Below the pieces are notes generated by a model. The model was not told the origin of the DNA and ran no database searches. It worked only from the letters and a program-made list of their open reading frames with translations. From Zunongwangia sp. ESRF-bin46 (GTDB lineage Bacteria > Bacteroidota > Bacteroidia > Flavobacteriales > Flavobacteriaceae): a stretch of DNA of 64,000 nucleotides. Location of the stretch: the NCBI GenBank assembly GCA_002631855.1, contig NTLF01000014.1, positions 297,951 through 361,950 of the forward strand. Direction: 5' to 3'. Positions 58,050 to 64,000 of this stretch are shown here, piece by piece (positions within the stretch are counted from its first letter, which is position 1; each line of letters begins with the position of its first letter). Position numbers and translations under genes: made by a program.

Positions 58050-59228
58050 ATGGGCTGTACAAGCTGTGCCACAGGCGCCAATGGACAGCCAAAGGGATGC
58101 AAAAACAATGGAACTTGCGGTACCGATGGCTGTAATAAATTAACGGTGTTCGATTGGCTTTCCAATATGTCACTTCCTGCCGATATGGAACCTTTTAAAG
58201 GAGTGGAAGTACGTTTTAAAAATGGACGGAAACACTTTTACCACAATAACGAAAATCTTACCCTTAGTATGGGCGACGTGGTCGCCACCGAAGCGTCCCC
58301 AGGTCATGACATTGGTATTGTTACGCTAACCGGCGAACTGGTTCGTGTACAAATGAAGAAGAAAAATGAGCGCATGGATATGGATGCGCTTCCAAAAATA
58401 TACCGAAAAGCTTCACAAAAAGATATTGATAAATGGCAAAGCTGCCGTGATAAAGAGCCCAGTATTCAAAAGCAATCACGTGAAATTGCTATACGCTTAG
58501 GTTTAAAGATGAAAATAAGCGACATTGAATACCAAGGTGATGGCTCAAAAGCTATTTTCTATTATACTGCCGAAGAGCGCGTAGATTTCAGACAATTAAT
58601 TAAAGAATTTGCCCGTACGTTCAATACCCGTATTGAAATGAAACAAGTTGGTTTCCGTCAGGAAGCAGCACGTTTAGGCGGTATTGGCTCATGTGGTCGT
58701 GAATTATGTTGTTCCACTTGGTTAACCGATTTTAGATCGGTAACCACCTCAGCAGCTCGATACCAACAACTGTCATTAAATCCATTAAAACTGGCCGGAC
58801 AATGTGGCAAACTGAAATGTTGTCTCAATTACGAATTAGACACCTATTTGGAAGCGTTAAAAGAATTTCCTAAAAACGATGTTAAACTTCAAACTGAAAA
58901 AGGACCAGCTATTTGTCAGAAAATCGACATTTTTAAAGGGCTGATGTGGTTTTCGTATGTTAAAGAAGGGATGAACTGGTTAGAGCTTTCCGTAGAAAAC
59001 GTAAATAAAATTGTTGCACTGAATAAAAAAGGCACTAAAGTTGCGAGTCTTGAAGAGTACGTTGTTGAGGTTCAGGAATCAAAAAAAGAACTGTTCAGCA
59101 ATGTAGTGGGGCAAGATAGTTTAACGCGTTTTGATAAACCTAAAGGCAAAAAACGAAACAAACGTCGTAAAGGCCGTAACAAAAATAGAAAGCGAAGTAA
59201 AAATAGAAATTCAAAAAAGAATGCGTAA
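58050..59228 (+). CDS. ricT: PSP1-domain protein RicT
   Basis: RVDFRQLIK, RIEMKQVG, GSCGRELCCS, AGQCGKLKCCLNYE. Confidence 0.88.
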   Translation: MGCTSCATGANGQPKGCKNNGTCGTDGCNKLTVFDWLSNMSLPADMEPFKGVEVRFKNGRKHFYHNNENLTLSMGDVVATEASPGHDIGIVTLTGELVRVQMKKKNERMDMDALPKIYRKASQKDIDKWQSCRDKEPSIQKQSREIAIRLGLKMKISDIEYQGDGSKAIFYYTAEERVDFRQLIKEFARTFNTRIEMKQVGFRQEAARLGGIGSCGRELCCSTWLTDFRSVTTSAARYQQLSLNPLKLAGQCGKLKCCLNYELDTYLEALKEFPKNDVKLQTEKGPAICQKIDIFKGLMWFSYVKEGMNWLELSVENVNKIVALNKKGTKVASLEEYVVEVQESKKELFSNVVGQDSLTRFDKPKGKKRNKRRKGRNKNRKRSKNRNSKKNA

Positions 59229-59706
59229 TCTTTTTTTAGTTGCAGTAGCGGGCTTATTAGCCTCTTGCAATACCGATGCTGTTATGAGCGATACTCACTC
59301 GTTGCCTAATTATTGGGATAAAAACGATACCATTGCATTTTCCATTCCGCAGTTAGACTCGTTAAAACAATACAATGTTTTTTTACACCTTCGGAATACG
59401 AATGATTATCGTTTTAATAATCTTTTTTTAATTGTTTCGATGGAATTTCCGCATGGAAAGACCATTCAAGACACATTAGAGTACAGAATGGCCAAACCTG
59501 ATGGCACATGGCTGGGGGAGGGCATTGGAAGTTTAAAAGAAAGCAAACTTTGGTTTAAAGAAGATGTTACTTTCCCAGAGGAAGGAACATATCAACTTCG
59601 CATCATGCAAGCCGTACGCAATAACGGCGATGTTGAGGGCGTTACCAAACTAGAAGGCATTACAGATGTTGGCTTTAGTATAGAAGAAGCATCGCAACAA
59701 CAATAA
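59221..59706 (+). CDS. gldH: Gliding motility lipoprotein GldH
   Basis: Lipobox LLASC from ATG 59221; LRNTNDYRFNNLFLIV, DTLEY, GTWLGEG, GITDVG. Confidence 0.92.
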   Translation: MRNLFLVAVAGLLASCNTDAVMSDTHSLPNYWDKNDTIAFSIPQLDSLKQYNVFLHLRNTNDYRFNNLFLIVSMEFPHGKTIQDTLEYRMAKPDGTWLGEGIGSLKESKLWFKEDVTFPEEGTYQLRIMQAVRNNGDVEGVTKLEGITDVGFSIEEASQQQ

Positions 59707-59707
59707 C

Positions 59708-62044
59708 ATGGCAAAACAAAAAGCTAAAAAATCGGCCGCGAAAAAAAAGCCGAAAAAACAACAAGACGATACTGGAAGGCACATTAAAACCTTTTGGAAA
59801 ATATTTGGTATTGGTATAGGGTTGATCATCCTGGTTTTCCTTTTTGCTTCTTGGGGATTCTTCGGAAGTCTACCCGATGAAACAAGCCTTGAAAACCCAG
59901 AAAAGAACCTTGCAACCGAAATTATTTCAACAGATGGTAAAACCTTAGGTAAGTTTTACAAGGAAAACCGAACCCCTGTTAAGTACGAAGAGTTACCAGA
60001 CCATTTGGTAAACGCCCTAATTGCAACCGAAGATGTGCGCTACTATGACCATTCTGGTATTGATGCCAAAGGAACCGTTCGTGCAGCCGTATTTTTAGGA
60101 TCTAGAGGTGGTGCCAGTACTATCTCGCAGCAATTAGCGAAGCTATTTTTTACTGAACAGGTTTCAGATAACAAACTAGAGCGAGGCCTTCAAAAGATAA
60201 AGGAGTGGGTTATTGCCACCCGTTTGGAGCGTCGTTACACAAAAGAGGAAATATTGACCATGTATTTTAACGAATACGATTTCCTTAATCAAGCCGTAGG
60301 TATTGAGTCTGCTGCTAGTATTTATTTTGACAAAAGCCCATCAGAACTTACCACTGCCGAATCTGCCATGTTGGTCGGGATGTTCAAAAACTCATCTTTA
60401 TACAACCCTTTGCGCAATCCAGTAGGTGTAAAAAACCGAAGAAATGTGGTTCTCGCTCAAATGGAGAAGTATGATTTTATTACTGAAAGTGTAAAAGATT
60501 CGCTGCAAGCATTACCACTTGAAATAAAGTATACACCACAAGGCCATGATGAAGGCATTGCCACGTATTTCAGAGAATATGCCCGTGCTTTTATGGCAGA
60601 CTGGATTAAGGAAAATCCAAAAACAGATGGCTCTCAGTACAATATTTACAGTGATGGTTTAAAAGTGTATACCACGATAGATTCTAAAATGCAGGAATAT
60701 GCTGAAGAAGCGGTCGATATGCATATGAAAAACCTTCAGAAAGAATTTGACAGCCAGAACGAAAAAAATAAAACTGCACCTTTTAGAGATATTACTGAAG
60801 AAGAAACCGAGCAAATTATGAAATCGGCCATGCGTCGAAGCGACCGTTGGCGTGAAATGGAGCAACAAGGAAAAAGCAAAGAAGATATTATCGCTAGTTT
60901 TAAAAAGAAAACCCAGATGCGAATCTTTTCTTGGACAGCCGAAAACAATGCAATCGATACCACAATGACCCCTATGGATTCCATTCGGTATTACAAACGT
61001 TTTCTACGTTCTTCTTTAATGTCCATGACACCGCAAACAGGAGAAGTAAAAGCTTGGGTGGGTGGTGTTAACTACAAGCATTTTAAATATGATATGGTGA
61101 AGACCGGTCATCGTCAAATAGGTTCTACCTTTAAGCCTTTTGTATATGCTACCGCAATAGACCAAATGCATATGTCGCCTTGCGATACACTACCAAACAC
61201 ACAATACACTATTGAAGCCGGAAAGTATGGCTTATTAAAACCTTGGACACCCAGAAATTCAGGAGGGGATTACGGCGGCATGGTTAGCTTAAAAGAAGCC
61301 TTGGCTCGTTCCATCAACACCGTTACAGCCCGTTTAATAGACCGTGTTGGACCAAGACCCGTGATCGAATTGATTTCAAAAATGGGTGTAGAAACTAAAG
61401 ATATGCCCGCTGCACCATCCATTGCTCTGGGTACACCAGATGTTTCTCTTTATGAAATGGTTGGTGCTTATAGTGTTTTTGCCAATGAAGGTGTTTATGT
61501 AAAACCAACACTTATTCAACGAATTGAAGATAAAAATGGAACTGTTTTGTTTCAAAATGTTCCTGAAACTAAAGATGTTATCAGTGATGAAACTGCCTAT
61601 GTAACAGTAAGTTTAATGCAGGGAGTAGTACAATCTGGTTCTGGTAGTAGGTTACGCGGCACTTGGCGCGGTGGCCATATGTACAAGAATGTCATTACAG
61701 GATATCCATACGATTTTAAAAACCCTATTGCCGGTAAAACTGGAACCACGCAAAATAACAGTGATGGTTGGTTTATGGGCATGGTGCCAAATTTAGTGAC
61801 CGGCGTTTGGGTTGGTGGTGAAGATAGAGCTGTTCATTTTAGAAATACTTCATACGGGCAAGGAGCTACTATGGCGTTACCTATCTGGGCCATTTATATG
61901 AAAAAATGTTTAGCCGATGAAGAGTTAAATGTCTCTGATGAGAACTTTAAACGTCCTTCCCGCTTATCGATTGAAACAGATTGTTCACAATGGAAAGAGG
62001 ATAACCAAAACACTGAAGATGTCCCCGATGAATTTGACTTCTAG
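59708..62044 (+). CDS. Class A penicillin-binding protein (PBP1A)
   Basis: ATEDVRY, GASTISQQL, GSTFKPF (SxxK), SIN, GKTGT. Confidence 0.95.
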   Translation: MAKQKAKKSAAKKKPKKQQDDTGRHIKTFWKIFGIGIGLIILVFLFASWGFFGSLPDETSLENPEKNLATEIISTDGKTLGKFYKENRTPVKYEELPDHLVNALIATEDVRYYDHSGIDAKGTVRAAVFLGSRGGASTISQQLAKLFFTEQVSDNKLERGLQKIKEWVIATRLERRYTKEEILTMYFNEYDFLNQAVGIESAASIYFDKSPSELTTAESAMLVGMFKNSSLYNPLRNPVGVKNRRNVVLAQMEKYDFITESVKDSLQALPLEIKYTPQGHDEGIATYFREYARAFMADWIKENPKTDGSQYNIYSDGLKVYTTIDSKMQEYAEEAVDMHMKNLQKEFDSQNEKNKTAPFRDITEEETEQIMKSAMRRSDRWREMEQQGKSKEDIIASFKKKTQMRIFSWTAENNAIDTTMTPMDSIRYYKRFLRSSLMSMTPQTGEVKAWVGGVNYKHFKYDMVKTGHRQIGSTFKPFVYATAIDQMHMSPCDTLPNTQYTIEAGKYGLLKPWTPRNSGGDYGGMVSLKEALARSINTVTARLIDRVGPRPVIELISKMGVETKDMPAAPSIALGTPDVSLYEMVGAYSVFANEGVYVKPTLIQRIEDKNGTVLFQNVPETKDVISDETAYVTVSLMQGVVQSGSGSRLRGTWRGGHMYKNVITGYPYDFKNPIAGKTGTTQNNSDGWFMGMVPNLVTGVWVGGEDRAVHFRNTSYGQGATMALPIWAIYMKKCLADEELNVSDENFKRPSRLSIETDCSQWKEDNQNTEDVPDEFDF

Positions 62045-62062
62045 ATAAGTTTAAAAAGAATC

Positions 62063-62094
62063 AAAACCGTTTCAGAACTTGAAACGGTTTTTTT
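62063..62094 (+). terminator. Intrinsic terminator after PBP1A
   Basis: AAAACCGTTTCA GAACT TGAAACGGTTTTTTT. Confidence 0.88.
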
Positions 62095-62166
62095 ATTTCT
62101 AAAAATGGCACTTGCTTCCGAAGGGTTTCTGAAGCAAATTTTGTAATTTTCTGAAAAATTAAAATA

Positions 62167-62868
62167 ATGATCAATAAAACGGTTTCAAACGTTGAAAAAG
62201 CTTGTGAAGGCATTAAAGACAGCATGACGTTGATGCTCGGAGGTTTCGGTTTAAGCGGGATTCCTGAGAATGCTATAAATGAATTAGTAAAACGAAACGT
62301 TCAAGATGTAACCTGTATATCAAATAATGCAGGAGTAGATGATTTTGGATTGGGCTTGTTATTAAGAAAACATCAGATTAAAAAAATGGTTTCATCCTAT
62401 GTTGGTGAAAACAAAGAATTTGAACGTCAAATGTTAAGTGGCGAAATGGAAGTGGAATTAATTCCGCAAGGAACACTGGCGCAACGTTGTCAAGCCGCAC
62501 AAAGTGGTATTCCGGCATTTTTTACGCCTGCTGGTTATGGAACCGAAGTTGCCGAAGGAAAAGAAACCCGCGAATTTGATGGCAAAATGTATGTCATGGA
62601 ACGTGCTTTTAAAGCCGATTTTGCTTTTATAAAAGCTTGGAAAGGTGATGAAGCAGGGAACCTTATTTTTAAAGGAACTGCTAGAAACTTCAATGCAAAT
62701 ATGTGTGGCGCCGCCAAAATAACGGTTGCTGAAGTTGAAGAATTAGTTCCAGCTGGAGAATTAGACCCTAATCAAATACACATTCCAGGAATATTTGTAC
62801 AGCGCATTTTCCAAGGAAAAGATTATGAAAAAAGAATTGAACAACGAACCGTAAGACCTAAGAAATAA
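62167..62868 (+). CDS. scoA: Succinyl-CoA:3-oxoacid CoA-transferase subunit A
   Basis: [32 protein letters not shown]. Confidence 0.93.
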   Translation: MINKTVSNVEKACEGIKDSMTLMLGGFGLSGIPENAINELVKRNVQDVTCISNNAGVDDFGLGLLLRKHQIKKMVSSYVGENKEFERQMLSGEMEVELIPQGTLAQRCQAAQSGIPAFFTPAGYGTEVAEGKETREFDGKMYVMERAFKADFAFIKAWKGDEAGNLIFKGTARNFNANMCGAAKITVAEVEELVPAGELDPNQIHIPGIFVQRIFQGKDYEKRIEQRTVRPKK

Positions 62869-63524
62869 TGTCATTATCTAAAGAACAAATAGCACAGCGC
62901 ATCGCGAAAGAAGTTAAAGACGGGTACTACGTAAACCTTGGTATTGGTATTCCTACCTTGGTTGCCAATTTTGTACGGGACGATATACAAGTAGAATTTC
63001 AAAGTGAAAATGGTATTTTAGGAATGGGGCCTTTCCCTTTTGAAGGCGAAGAAGACCCAGATCTAATTAATGCAGGTAAACAAACCATTACAGCCTTGCC
63101 AGGAGCATCTTTTTTCGACTCTGCGATGAGCTTTTCCATGATTCGTGGTCAGCATGTAGATTTAACCATTTTAGGTTCTATGGAAGTAGCGCAAAACGGA
63201 AATATTGCCAACTGGAAAATACCTGGAAAAATGGTTAAAGGAATGGGGGGTGCCATGGATTTAGTTGCTTCTGCAGAAAATATTATCGTTGCGATGATGC
63301 ATACGAACCGTGCAGGAAACTCAAAACTATTAAAAGAATGTACTTTGCCCCTTACAGGTGTGGAATGTGTACGAAAAATTGTCACTAATCTTGCTGTTCT
63401 TGAAGTAAAAGACAATGCATTCCATTTATTGGAACGTGCTCCAGGTGTAAGTATAGACGAAATTAAGGAAGCAACTGAAGGCGATTTAATAGTAAATGGT
63501 GATATTCCTGAGATGAAATTTTAA
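62868..63524 (+). CDS. scoB: Succinyl-CoA:3-oxoacid CoA-transferase subunit B
   Basis: VNLGIGIP, QSENG catalytic Glu, GMGGAMDLV, PLTG. Confidence 0.93.
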   Translation: MSLSKEQIAQRIAKEVKDGYYVNLGIGIPTLVANFVRDDIQVEFQSENGILGMGPFPFEGEEDPDLINAGKQTITALPGASFFDSAMSFSMIRGQHVDLTILGSMEVAQNGNIANWKIPGKMVKGMGGAMDLVASAENIIVAMMHTNRAGNSKLLKECTLPLTGVECVRKIVTNLAVLEVKDNAFHLLERAPGVSIDEIKEATEGDLIVNGDIPEMKF

Positions 63525-63549
63525 AAAAATCTTCTATTACTAAAAATTT

Positions 63550-63578
63550 GACCGGTGTATAAACATCGGTCTTTTTTT
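63550..63578 (+). terminator. Intrinsic terminator after scoB
   Basis: GACCGGTGT ATAA ACATCGGTC TTTTTTT. Confidence 0.85.
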
Positions 63579-63727
63579 AGTATAAAAATAAGATATTTCC
63601 TACTTAAGAATTCAAAATGTTAAAATTTTAAGCTTTTTATCGAATTAATATGTTTTTAATCGATTAAATACGATTTCTTTTTCATATTAGCTATCCCAAA
63701 TTTGAACAACTAACTAAAAGCTTACTT

Positions 63728-63817
63728 ATGAAAAATTTAATTAACTCCCTTAAGAACACATTTTCATTACTTAAAAATGTGCTCTATGTAGCAAAGAAGG
63801 TTTTCTTGCTCATGTAA
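63728..63817 (+). CDS. Small cationic amphipathic peptide (29 aa, not in the ORF track)
   Basis: MKNLINSLKNTFSLLKNVLYVAKKVFLLM; A-rich leader, heptad periodicity, own downstream terminator. Confidence 0.55.
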   Translation: MKNLINSLKNTFSLLKNVLYVAKKVFLLM

Positions 63818-63880
63818 TACTACCAATTGGTAGTTACGGGCTACATAACTTTGCCCCGAATCTGCAATGATTCAAATATT

Positions 63881-63917
63881 AAACCCGTTCTTTGTGAGGT
63901 TAGAACGGGTTTTTTTA
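63881..63917 (+). terminator. Strong plus-strand intrinsic terminator
   Basis: AAACCCGTTCT-10 nt-AGAACGGGTTT followed by a long T run. Confidence 0.85.
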
Positions 63918-63927
63918 TTTTTTTCGC

Positions 63928-64000
63928 TTAAATGCCTTTCGGAATAGCATCAATAAGCTTTTGTGTGTATTCTTTTTGTGGGTTTGCGTAAATTTCATCT
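63928..64000 (-). CDS. 3' end of a peptide/dipeptide-type ABC transporter ATP-binding protein (partial)
   Basis: DEIYANPQKEYTQKLIDAIPKGI-stop resembles the C-terminal oligopeptide ABC ATPase motif (NPxHxYTxxLL). Confidence 0.65.
   Translation of the reverse strand, partial: DEIYANPQKEYTQKLIDAIPKGI

Noticed and set aside
63867-63947. 26-aa ORF crossing the terminator as an attenuator leader
   Set aside because: No co-oriented downstream gene to attenuate; it overlaps the convergent ABC gene's end
1-64000. CRISPR array, rRNA, IS element, prophage or defence island
   Set aside because: No regularly spaced repeats, rRNA-like sequence, transposase, integrase, phage or restriction genes recognised

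Overview
An AT-rich, gene-dense Bacteroidota chromosome segment, most likely a Flavobacteriaceae member (gldH, a T9SS C-terminal domain, TAnnTTTG -7 promoter boxes, AT-rich leaders). It is mostly core genome: rseP, sco, feoAB with a DtxR/MntR-ZIP-TonB receptor metal locus, a heme cluster (hemJ, MATE, hemH, AraC divergent from hemACDE-x-x-x-hemF), dut to envC-like genes, a Crp-linked sulfur cluster, dprA, trpS, an ECF sigma with a trans-envelope anti-sigma, recA, trhO, ricT-gldH-PBP1A and scoAB. One intact tRNA-Asn(GTT) is present. I found no rRNA, CRISPR array, transposase, integrase or prophage. The strongest signals lie outside the ORF track: (1) a tRNA-Arg-like remnant whose anticodon arm and half of the T arm are replaced by a REP-like element; (2) a sulfur cluster containing a halide/thiol-type methyltransferase, whose two promoters share an exact GTA-N8-TAC-N22-TAnnTTTG geometry; (3) Fur-like boxes at feoA and at a Cys-Pro-containing AraC regulator of the heme cluster; (4) twin GGA-N5-TCC SOS-type boxes with a promoter embedded in a terminator upstream of a radical SAM gene; (5) three small ORFs absent from the track, one a 29-aa four-heptad cationic amphipathic peptide followed by a hairpin array; (6) a Dma-like dual-membrane anti-sigma. 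All family assignments come from motif recognition by eye; no database searches were run.
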